The notes below the pieces were generated by a model that ran no database searches, was not told the origin of the DNA, and saw only the letters and a program-made list of their open reading frames with translations. DNA of 64,000 bases, from assembly GCF_009914755.1 (NCBI RefSeq), contig NC_060933.1. The stretch is one strand, 5' to 3'. How positions within the stretch are numbered: the first letter of the stretch is position 1; each line of letters opens with the position of its first letter. The stretch comes from the human T2T-CHM13v2.0 reference genome, Homo sapiens. A program made the position numbers and the translations under genes. This document shows, in pieces, positions 53,106-64,000 of this stretch.

Positions 53106-55319
53106 CATTCTCAGAATCTTTCTTGTGATGTGTGTACTCAAGTAACAGAGGTGAACCTTCATTTTGACAGAGCAGTTTTGAAGCACTCTTTTTGTAGAAT
53201 CTGCAAGTGGATATTTTGATACCTTTGAGGATTTCGTTAGACACGGGATATCTTCATATAAAATCTAGACAGAAGCATTCTCAGAAACTTCTTTGTGCTG
53301 TATGTCCTCAATTAACAGAGTTGAACCTTTGTGTGGATACAGCATTTTGGAAACATTCCTTTAGTAGAATCTGCAAGTTGATATTTAGATAGCTAGGAAG
53401 ATTTCCTTGGAAACGGGAATATCTTCATATAAAATCTAGACGGAAGCATTCTCAGAAAGTGCTTTGTGATGTTTGCATTCAAGTCACAGAACTGAACATT
53501 CCCTTTCATAGAGCAGGTTTGAAACACTCTTTCTGTAGTATCTGCAAGCTGACGTTTCAAGCGCTTTCAGGCCTATGGTGAGAAAGGATATATCTTCAAG
53601 TAAAAACTAGACAGAAACATTCTCAGAAACTTATTTGCGATGTGTGTTCTCAACTAACAGAGTTGAACCTTTGTTTTGATACGGCATTTTGGAAACACTC
53701 TTTTTGTAGAATCTGCAGGTGGATATTCGGATAGCTTTGAAGGTTTCGTTGGAAACGGGAATATCTTCATATAAAATCTAGACGGAAGCATTCTCAGAAA
53801 CTGCTTTGTGATGTTTTCATTCAAGTCACAGAGTAGAATGTTCCCTGTTATATACCAGGTTTGAGACACTCTTTCTGCACTACCTGGAAGTGGACATTTG
53901 GAGCGCTTTGAGGCCTATGATGAAAAAGGAAATCTCTTCCCATAAAAACTAGACAGAAGCATTCTCAGAAACTTGTTTGTGATGTGTGTATTCAACTAAC
54001 AGAGATGAACCTTTCTTTTTACAGAGCAGTTTTTAAACACTCTTTTTGTGGAATCTGAAAGTGGATATTTGGATAGCTTTGAGGATTTCGTTGGAAACGG
54101 GATTACATATAAAATCTAGAGAGAAGCATTCTCAGGAACTTCTTTAGGATGTTTGCATTCACGTCACAGAACTTAACATTCCCTTTCATAGAGCATGTTT
54201 GAAACACTCTTTCTGTAGTATCTGCAAACGGACATTTCAAACGCTTTCAGGCCTATGGTGAGAAAGGAAATATCTTCAAATAAAAACTAGACAGAAGCAT
54301 TCTCAGAAACTTATTTGCGATGTGTGTCCTCAACTAACAGAGTTGAACCTTTCTTTTGATACAACATTTTGGAAACACTCTTTTTGTAGAATCTGCAAGT
54401 GGATATTTGGATAGCTTTGAAGGTTTCGTTGGAAACGGGAATATCTTCATATAAAATCAAGACAGAAGCATTCTCAGAAACTTCTCTGTGATGTTTGCAT
54501 TCAACTCATAGAGTTGAACACTTCCCTTCATACAGCAGGTTTGAAACACTCTTTTTGTAATACTTGGAAGTGGACATTTGCAGCGCTTTGGGGCCTATGA
54601 TGAAAAAGGTAATATCTTCCCATAAAAACTAGACAGAAGCATTCTCAGAAACTTGTTTGTGATGTGTGTATTCAACCAACAGAGATGAACCTTTCTTTTT
54701 ACAGAGCAGTTTTGAAACACTCTTTTTGTGGAATCTGAAAGTGGATATTTGGATAGATTTGCGGATTTCGTTGGAAACGGGATTACATATAAAATCTAGG
54801 GAGAAGCATTCTCAGGAACTTCTTTGTGATGTTTGCATTCAAGTCACAGAACTGAACATTCCCTTTTATAGAGCAGGTTTGAAACACTCTTTCTGTAGTA
54901 TCTGCAAGCGGACGTTTTAAGCGCTTTCAGGCCTGTGGTGAGAAAGGAAATATCTTCAAATAAAAACTAGACAGAAGCATTCTCAGAAACTTATTTGCGA
55001 TGTGTGTCCTCAACTAACAGAGTTGAACCTTTCTTTTGATACAACATTTTGGAAACACTCTTTTTGTAGAATCTCCAAGTGGATATTTGGATAGCTTAGA
55101 AGGTTTCGTTGGAAACGGGAATATCTTCATATAAAATCAAGACAGCAGCATTCTCAGAAACTTCTCTGTGATGTTTGCATTCAACTCATAGAGTTGAACA
55201 CTTCCCTTCATACAGCAGGTTTGAAACACTCTTTTTGTAATATTTGGAAGTGGACATTTGCAGCGCTTTGAGGCCTATGTTGAAAAAGGAAATATCTTCT
55301 CCTAAAAACCAGACAGAAG
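53106..55319 (+). repeat. 13-mer HOR variant with Z/Q hybrid monomer, 2214 bp
   Basis: Monomer 53447-53617 begins as Z (AAAGTGCTTTG) and continues as Q (ACAGAACTGAACATTCCC). Confidence 0.9.
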
Positions 55320-58300
55320 CATTCTCAGAAACTTCCTTGTGATGTGTGTACTCAAGTAACAGAGTTGAACCTTCCTTTTGACAGAGCAGTTTTGAAGCAC
55401 TCTTTTTGTAGAATCTGCAAGTGGATATTTTGATACCTTTGAGGATTTCGTTGGACACGGGATATCTTCATATAAAATCTAGACAGAAGCATTCTCAGAA
55501 ACTTCTTTGTGCTATATGTCCTCAATTAACGGAGTTGAACCTTTGTGTGGATACAGCATTTTGGAAACATTCCTTTAGTAGAATCTGCAAGTTGATATTT
55601 AGATAGCTAGGAAGATTTCCTTGGAAACGGGAATATCTTCATATAAAATCTAGACGGAAGCATTCTCAGAAAGTGCTTTGTGATGTTTGCATTCAAGTCA
55701 CAGAGTTGAATATTCCCTTTTATAGAGCAGGTTTGAAACACTCTTTCTGCACTACCTGGAAGTGGACATTTGGAGCGCTTTGAGGCCTATGTTGAAAAAG
55801 GAAATATCTTCCCATAAAAACTAGACAGAAGCATTCTCAGAAACTTGTTTGTGATGTGTGTATTCAACTAACAGAGATAAACCTTTCTTTTTACAGAGCA
55901 GTTTTGAAACACTCTTTTTGTGGAATCTGAAAGTGGATATTTGGATAGCTTTGAGGATTTCGTTGGAAACGGGATTACATATAAAACCTAGAGAGAAGCA
56001 TTCTCAGGAACTTCTTTGTGATGTTTGCATTCAAGTCACAGGACTGAACGTTCCCTTTCATAGAGCAGGTTTGAAACACTCTTTCTGTAGTATCTGCAAG
56101 CTGACGTTTCATGCGTTTTCATGCCTATGGTGAGAAAGGAAATATCTTCAAGTAAAAACTAGACAGAAGCATTCTCAGAAACTTATTTGCCATGTGTGTT
56201 CTCAACTAACAGAGTTGAACCTTTGTTTTGATACGGCATTTTGGAAACCCTCTTTTTGTAGAATCTGCAGGTGGATATTCGGATAGCTTTGAAGGTTTCG
56301 TTGGAAACGGGAATATCTTCATATAAAATGTAGACGGAAGCATTCTCAGAAACTGCTTTGTGATGTTTTCATTCAAGTCACAGAGTAGAATGTTCCCTGT
56401 TATATACCAGGTTTGAGACACTCTTTCTGCACTACCTGGAAGTGGACGTTTGGAGCGCTTTGAGGCGTATGTTGAAAAAGGAAATATCTTCCCATGAAAA
56501 CTAGACAGAAGCATTCTCAGAAACTTGTTTGTGATGTGTGTATTCAACTAACAGAGATGAACCTTTCTTTTTACAGAGCAGTTTTGAAACACTCTTTTTG
56601 TGGAATCTGAAAGTGGATATTTGGATAGCTTTGAGGATTTCGTTGGAAACGGGATTACATATAAAATCTAGAGAGAAGCATTCTCAGGAACTTCTTTGTG
56701 ATGTTTGCATTCACGTCACAGAACTGAACATTCCCTTTCATAGAGCATGTTTGAAACACTCTTTCTGTAGTATCTGCAAACGGACATTTCAAACGCTTTC
56801 AGGCCTATGTTGAGAAAGGAAATATCTTCAAATAAAAACTAGACAGAAGCATTCTCAGAAACTTATTTGCGATGTGTGTCCTCAACTAACAGAGTTGAAC
56901 CTTTCTTTTGATACAACATTTTGGAACCACTCTTTTTGTAGAATCTGCAAGTGGATATTTGGATAGCTTTGAAGGTTTCGTTGGAAACGGGAATATCTTC
57001 ATATAAAATCAAGACAGGAGCATTCTCAGAAACTTCTCTGTGATGTTTGCATTCAACTCATAGAGTTGAACACTTCCCTTCATACAGCAGGTTTGAAACA
57101 CTCTTTTTGTAATATTTGGAAGTGGACATTTGCAGCGCTTTGAGGCCTATGATGAAAAAGGAAATATCTTCCCATAAAAACTAGACAGAAGCATTCTCAG
57201 AAACTTGTTTGTGATGTGTGTATTCAACTAACAGAGATGAACCTTTCTTTTTACAGAGCAGTTTTGAAACACTCTTTTTGTGGAATCTGAAAGTGGATAT
57301 TTGGATAGCTTTGCGGATTTCGTTGGAAACGGGATTACATATAAAATCTAGGGAGAAGCATTCTCAGGAACTTCTTTGTGATGTTTGCATTCAAGTCACA
57401 GAACTGAACATTCCCTTTCATAGAGCAGGTTTGAAACACTCTTTCTGTAGTATCTACAAGCGGACGTTTCAAGCGCTTTCAGGCCTGTGGTGAAAAAGGA
57501 AATATCTTCAAATAAAAACTAGACAGAAGCATTCTCAGAAACTTATTTGCGATGTGTGTTCTCAACTAAAAGAGTTGAACCTTTGTTTGGATACAGCACT
57601 TTGGAAACACTCTTTTTGTAGAATCTGCAAGTGGATATTTGGATAGCTTTGAAGGTTTCGTTGGAAACGGGAATATCTTCATATAAAATCAAGACAGCAG
57701 CATTCTCAGAAACTTCTCTGTGATGTTTGCATTCAACTCATAGAGTTGAACACTTCCCTTCATACAGCAGGTTTGAAACACTCTTTTTCTAATATTTGGA
57801 AGTGGACATTTGCAGCGCTTTGAGGCCTATGTTGAAAAAGGAAATATCTTCTCCTAAAAACCAGACAGAAGCATTCTCAGAAACTTCCTTGTGATGTGTG
57901 TACTCAAGTAACAGAGTTGAACCTTCCTTTTGACAGAGCAGTTTTGAAGCACTCTTTTTGTAGAATCTGCAAGTGGATATTTTGATACCTTTGAGGATTT
58001 CGTTGGACACGGGATATCTTCATATAAAATCTAGACAGAAGCATTCTCAGAAACTTCTTTGTGCTGTATGTCCTCAATTAACAGAGTTGAACCTTTGTGT
58101 GGATACAGCATTTTGGAAACATTCCTTTAGTAGAATCTGCAAGTTGATATTTAGATAGCTAGGAAGATTTCCTTGGAAACGGGAATATCTTCATATAAAA
58201 TCTAGACGGAAGCATTCTCAGAAAGTGCTTTGTGATGTTTGCATTCAAGTCACAGAGTTGAATATTCCCTTTTATAGAGCAGGTTTGAAACACTCTTTCT

Positions 58301-61300
58301 GCACTACCTGGAAGTGGACATTTGGAGGGCTTTGAGGCCTATGTTGAAAAAGGAAATATCTTCTCATAAAAACTAGACAGAAGCATTCTCAGAAACTTGT
58401 TTGTGATGTGTGTATTCAACTAACAGAGATGAACCTTTCTTTTTACAGAGCAGTTTTGAAACACTCTTTTTGTGGAATCTGAAAGTGGATATTTGGATAG
58501 CTTTGAGGATTTCGTTGGAAACGGGATTACATATAAAACCTAGAGAGAAGCATTCTCAGGAACTTCTTTGTGATGTTTGCATTCAAGTCACAGGACTGAA
58601 CGTTCCCTTTCATAGAGCAGGTTTGAAACACTCTTTCTGTAGTATCTGCAAGCTGACGTTTCATGCGTTTTCATGCCTATGGTGAGAAAGGAAATATCTT
58701 CAAGTAAAAACTAGACAGAAGCATTCTCAGAAACTTATTTGCCATGTGTGTTCTCAACTAACAGAGTTGAACCTTTGTTTTGATACGGCATTTTGGAAAC
58801 CCTCTTTTTGTAGAATCTGCAGGTGGATATTCGGATAGCTTTGAAGGTTTCGTTGGAAACGGGAATATCTTCATATAAAATGTAGACGGAAGCATTCTCA
58901 GAAACTGCTTTGTGATGTTTTCATTCAAGTCACAGAGTAGAATGTTCCCTGTTATATACCAGGTTTGAGACACTCTTTCTGCACTACCTGGAAGTGGACG
59001 TTTGGAGCGCTTTGAGGCGTATGTTGAAAAAGGAAATATCTTCCCATAAAAACTAGACAGAAGCATTCTCAGAAACTTGTTTGTGATGTGTGTATTCAAC
59101 TAACAGAGATGAACCTTTCTTTTTACAGAGCAGTTTTGAAACACTCTTTTTGTGGAATCTGAAAGTGGATATTTGGATAGCTTTGAGGATTTCGTTGGAA
59201 ACGGGATTACATATAAAATCTAGAGAGAAGCATTCTCAGGAACTTCTTTGTGATGTTTGCATTCACGTCACTGAACTGAACATTCCCTTTCATAGAGCAT
59301 GTTTGAAACACTCTTTCTGTAGTATCTGCAAACGGACATTTCAAACGCTTTCAGGCCTATGGTGAGAAAGGAAATATCTTCAAATAAAAACTAGACAGAA
59401 GCATTCTCAGAAACTTATTTGCGATGTGTGTCCTCAACTAACAGAGTTGAACCTTTCTTTTGATACAACATTTTGGAACCACTCTTTTTGTAGAATCTGC
59501 AAGTGGATATTTGGATAGCTTTGAAGGTTTCGTTGGAAACGGGAATATCTTCATATAAAATCAAGACAGAAGCATTCTCAGAAACTTCCCTGTGATGTTT
59601 GCATTCAACTCATAGAGTTGAACACTTCCTTTCATACAGCAGGTTTGAAACACTCTTTTTCTAATATTTGGAAGTGGACATTTGCAGCGCTTTGAGGCCT
59701 AAGTTGAAAAAGGAAATATCTTCTCCTAAAAACCAGACAGAAGCATTCTCAGAAACTTCCTTGTGATGTGTGTACTCAAGTAACAGAGTTGAACCTTCCT
59801 TTTGACAGAGCAGTTTTGAAGCACTCTTTTTGTAGAATCTGCAAGTGGATATTTTGATACCTTTGAGGATTTCGTTGGACACGGGATATCTTCATATAAA
59901 ATCTAGACAGAAGCATTCTCAGAAACTTCTTTGTGCTGTATGTCCTCAATTAACAGAGTTGAACCTTTGTGTGGATACAGCATTTTGGAAACATTCCTTT
60001 AGTAGAATCTGCAAGTTGATATTTAGATAGCTAGGAAGATTTCCTTGGAAACGGGAATATCTTCATATAAAATCTAGACGGAAGCATTCTCAGAAAGTGC
60101 TTTGTGATGTTTGCATTCAAGTCACAGAGTTGAATATTCCCTTTTATAGAGCAGGTTTGAAACACTCTTTCTGCACTACCTGGAAGTGGACATTTGGAGG
60201 GCTTTGAGGCCTATGTTGAAAAAGGAAATATCTTCCCATAAAAACTAGACAGAAGCATTCTCAGAAACTTGTTTGTGATGTGTGTATTCAACTAACAGAG
60301 ATGAACCTTTCTTTTTACAGAGCAGTTTTGAAACACTCTTTTTGTGGAATCTGAAAGTGGATATTTGGATAGCTTTGAGGATTTCGTTGGAAACGGGATT
60401 ACATATAAAACCTAGAGAGAAGCATTCTCAGGAACTACTTTGTGATGTTTGCTTTCAAGTCACAGGACTGAACATTCCCTTTCATAGAGCAGGTTTGAAA
60501 CACTCTTTCTGTAGTATCTGCAAGCTGACGTTTCAAGCGCTTTCAGGCCTATGGTGAGAAAGGAAATATCTTCAAGTAAAAACTAGACAGAAGCATTCTC
60601 AGAAACTTATTTGCCATGTGTGTTCTCAACTAACAGAGTTGAACCTTTGTTTTGATGCGGCATTTTGGAAACACTCTTTTTGTAGAATCTGCAGGTGGAT
60701 ATTCGGATAGCTTTGAAGGTTTCGTTGGAAACGGGAATATCTTCATATAAAATCTGGACGGAAGCATTCTCAGAAACTGCTTTGTGATGTTTTCATTCAA
60801 GTCACAGAGTAGAATGTTCCCTGTTATATACCAGGTTTGAGACACTCTTTCTGCACTACCTGGAAGTGGACGTTTGGAGCGCTTTGAGGCCTATGTTGAA
60901 AAAGGAAATATCTTCCCATAAAAACTAGACAGAAGCATTCTCAGAAACTTGTTTGTGATGTGTGTATTCAACTAACAGAGATGAACCTTTCTTTTTACAG
61001 AGCAGTTTTGAAACACTCTTTTTGTGGAATCTGAAAGTGGATATTTGGATAGCTTTGAGGATTTCGTTGGAAACGGGATTACATATAAAATCTAGAGAGA
61101 AGCATTCTCAGGAACTTCTTTGTGATGTTTGCATTCACGTCACAGAACTGAACATTCCCTTTCATAGAGCATGTTTGAAACACTCTTTCTGTAGTATCTG
61201 CAAACGGACATTTCAAACGCTTTCAGGCCTATGTTGAGAAAGGAAATATCTTCAAATAAAAACTAGACAGAAGCATTCTCAGAAACTTATTTGCGATGTG

Positions 61301-64000
61301 TGTCCTCAACTAACAGAGTTGAACCTTTCTTTTGATACAACATTTTGGAACCACTCTTTTTGTAGAATCTGCAAGTGGATATTTGGATAGCTTTGAAGGT
61401 TTCGTTGGAAACGGGAATATCTTCATATAAAATCAAGACAGAAGCATTCTCAGAAACTTCTCTGTGATGTTTGCATTCAACTCATAGAGTTGAACACTTC
61501 CCTTCATACTGCAGGTTTGAAACACTCTTTTTGTAATATTTGGAAGTGGACATTTGCAGCGCTTTGAGGCCTATGTTGAAAAAGGAAATATCTTCCCATA
61601 AAAACTAGACAGAAGCATTCTCAGAAACTTGTTTGTGATGTGTGTATTCAACTAACAGAGATGAACCTTTCTTTTTACAGAGCAGTTTTGAAACACTCTT
61701 TTTGTGGAATCTGAAAGTGGATATTTGGATAGCTTTGCGGATTTCGTTGGAAACGGGATTACATATAAAATCTAGGGAGAAGCATTCTCAGGAACTTCTT
61801 TGTGATGTTTGCATTCAAGTCACAGAACTGAACATTCCCTTTCATAGAGCAGGTTTGAAACACTCTTTCTGTAGTATCTACAAGCGGACGTTTCAAGCGC
61901 TTTCAGGCCTGTGGTGAAAAAGGAAATATCTTCAAATAAAAACTAGACAGAAGCATTCTCAGAAACTTATTTGCGATGTGTGTTCTCAACTAAAAGAGTT
62001 GAACCTTTGTTTGGATACAGCACTTTGGAAACACTCTTTTTGTAGAATCTGCAAGTGGATATTTGGATAGCTTTGAAGGTTTCGTTGGAAACGGGAATAT
62101 CTTCATATAAAATCAAGACAGCAGCATTCTCAGAAACTTCTCTGTGATGTTTGCATTCAACTCATAGAGTTGAACACTTCCCTTCATACAGCAGGTTTGA
62201 AACACTCTTTTTCTAATATTTGGAAGTGGACATTTGCAGCGCTTTGAGGCCTATGTTGAAAAAGGAAATATCTTCTCCTAAAAACCAGACAGAAGCATTC
62301 TCAGAAACTTCCTTGTGATGTGTGTACTCAAGTAACAGAGTTGAACCTTCCTTTTGACAGAGCAGTTTTGAAGCACTCTTTTTGTAGAATCTGCAAGTGG
62401 ATATTTTGATACCTTTGAGGATTTCGTTGGACACGGGATATCTTCATATAAAATCTAGACAGAAGCATTCTCAGAAACTTCTTTGTGCTGTATGTCCTCA
62501 ATTAACAGAGTTGAACCTTTGTGTGGATACAGCATTTTGGAAACATTCCTTTAGTAGAATCTGCAAGTTGATATTTAGATAGCTAGGAAGATTTCCTTGG
62601 AAACGGGAATATCTTCATATAAAATCTAGACGGAAGCATTCTCAGAAAGTGCTTTGTGATGTTTGCATTCAAGTCACAGAGTTGAATATTCCCTTTTATA
62701 GAGCAGGTTTGAAACACTCTTTCTGCACTACCTGGAAGTGGACATTTGGAGGGCTTTGAGGCCTATGTTGAAAAAGGAAATATCTTCTCATAAAAACTAG
62801 ACAGAAGCATTCTCAGAAACTTGTTTGTGATGTGTGTATTCAACTAACAGAGATGAACCTTTCTTTTTACAGAGCAGTTTTGAAACACTCTTTTTGTGGA
62901 ATCTGAAAGTGGATATTTGGATAGCTTTGAGGATTTCGTTGGAAACGGGATTACATATAAAACCTAGAGAGAAGCATTCTCAGGAACTTCTTTGTGATGT
63001 TTGCATTCAAGTCACAGGACTGAACGTTCCCTTTCATAGAGCAGGTTTGAAACACTCTTTCTGTAGTATCTGCAAGCTGACGTTTCATGCGTTTTCATGC
63101 CTATGGTGAGAAAGGAAATATCTTCAAGTAAAAACTAGACAGAAGCATTCTCAGAAACTTATTTGCCATGTGTGTTCTCAACTAACAGAGTTGAACCTTT
63201 GTTTTGATACGGCATTTTGGAAACCCTCTTTTTGTAGAATCTGCAGGTGGATATTCGGATAGCTTTGAAGGTTTCGTTGGAAACGGGAATATCTTCATAT
63301 AAAATGTAGACGGAAGCATTCTCAGAAACTGCTTTGTGATGTTTTCATTCAAGTCACAGAGTAGAATGTTCCCTGTTATATACCAGGTTTGAGACACTCT
63401 TTCTGCACTACCTGGAAGTGGACGTTTGGAGCGCTTTGAGGCGTATGTTGAAAAAGGAAATATCTTCCCATAAAAACTAGACAGAAGCATTCTCAGAAAC
63501 TTGTTTGTGATGTGTGTATTCAACTAACAGAGATGAACCTTTCTTTTTACAGAGCAGTTTTGAAACACTCTTTTTGTGGAATCTGAAAGTGGATATTTGG
63601 ATAGCTTTGAGGATTTCGTTGGAAACGGGATTACATATAAAATCTAGAGAGAAGCATTCTCAGGAACTTCTTTGTGATGTTTGCATTCACGTCACTGAAC
63701 TGAACATTCCCTTTCATAGAGCATGTTTGAAACACTCTTTCTGTAGTATCTGCAAACGGACATTTCAAACGCTTTCAGGCCTATGGTGAGAAAGGAAATA
63801 TCTTCAAATAAAAACTAGACAGAAGCATTCTCAGAAACTTATTTGCGATGTGTGTCCTCAACTAACAGAGTTGAACCTTTCTTTTGATACAACATTTTGG
63901 AAACACTCTTTTTGTAGAATCTGCAAGTGGATATTTGGATAGCTTTGAAGGTTTCGTTGGAAACGGGAATATCTTCATATAAAATCAAGACAGAAGCATT
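55320..64000 (+). repeat. 15-mer, 11-mer, 15-mer and a partial HOR forming a second 4424-bp duplication
   Basis: X starts 55320, 57872, 59744, 62296. Private variants CTATGTTGAGAAAG, TATCTACAAG, GCACTTTGG, GGAGGGCTTT...TTCTCATAAA, GTCACTGAAC repeat at +4424. Confidence 0.88.

Larger units (their letters stand above)
1..64000 (+). repeat. Alpha satellite higher-order-repeat array (centromeric, SF2-type dimeric organisation)
   Basis: CATTCTCAG(A/G)AAC-type monomer starts recur at 21, 192, 363, 534, 701 and so on to the window end, with 167-171 bp spacing. Alphoid motifs TTTGTGATGT, GAAACACTCTTT and TGGATATTTGG are present, the CENP-B box occurs in about every second monomer, and HOR copies are nearly identical. 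Confidence 0.99.
1..64000 (+). other. Tentative locus identity: human chromosome 9 live array D9Z4 (S2C9H1L); alternatives D4Z1 or D8Z2
   Basis: Inference from recalled HOR organisation: 7-mer of about 1.19 kb with an internal 680-bp 4-mer giving 11/15/19-mer variants, and only about 9 distinct monomer types. Not verified by alignment. Confidence 0.6.

Noticed and set aside
228-63523. Repeated - strand ORFs (MSQTWYIT..., MSNEILKG..., 113-aa MNTHITNK...)
   Set aside because: Reverse-strand translations of the satellite; length changes follow single SNVs with no sign of coding constraint.
560-63789. Repeated + strand ORFs of 84-91 aa (MYSTNRDEPFF...) and 61-66 aa (MDILIPLRIS...)
   Set aside because: They are chance open frames across alpha-satellite monomers and start at GTG/TTG rather than ATG. 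They resemble no protein family I recognise, and they gain or lose stops freely between copies. Used only as position markers.
1-64000. CRISPR-like reading of the conserved AGACAGAAGCATTCTCAGAAAC motif at regular spacing
   Set aside because: The intervening ~150 bp are homologous monomer bodies, not unique spacers, and there are no cas genes.
1-64000. Transposon (L1/Alu) insertion or strand inversion
   Set aside because: Monomer periodicity and orientation are unbroken and all distances are explained by module lengths, leaving no room for foreign sequence.

Overview
The whole 64 kb window is one uninterrupted, single-orientation array of primate (human-type) centromeric alpha satellite, roughly 375 monomers of 167-171 bp. 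CENP-B-box (B-type) and pJalpha/A-box (A-type) monomers alternate as in suprachromosomal family 2. No gene, RNA gene, transposon insertion or inversion is visible, and every ORF in the track is a by-product of the repeat. The array is built from two modules: a 680-bp tetramer P-Q-R-S (167+171+171+171 bp; flavour 'a' = R1/S1, flavour 'b' = R2/S2) and a 512-bp trimer X-Y-Z (170+171+171 bp). These monomer labels are mine. Counting from one X monomer to the next gives 29 complete higher-order repeats (HORs): nine 15-mers (2552 bp), seven 11-mers (1872), four 7-mers (1192), four 8-mers (1360), three 19-mers (3232) and two 13-mers (2214). From memory, this 4/7/11/15 organisation fits the live chromosome 9 array D9Z4 best, but related SF2 arrays (D4Z1, D8Z2) cannot be excluded without alignment. 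The interesting signal is structural: hybrid monomers with mappable breakpoints, a nested 18-mer to 26-mer super-HOR expansion (3 x 4424 bp), a second 4424-bp duplication of different composition, a recurrent diverged CENP-B-box-null cassette, and identical substitutions clustered across different monomer classes, suggesting micro-gene conversion. I found no evidence for a new gene-encoded system. All comparisons were made by eye.
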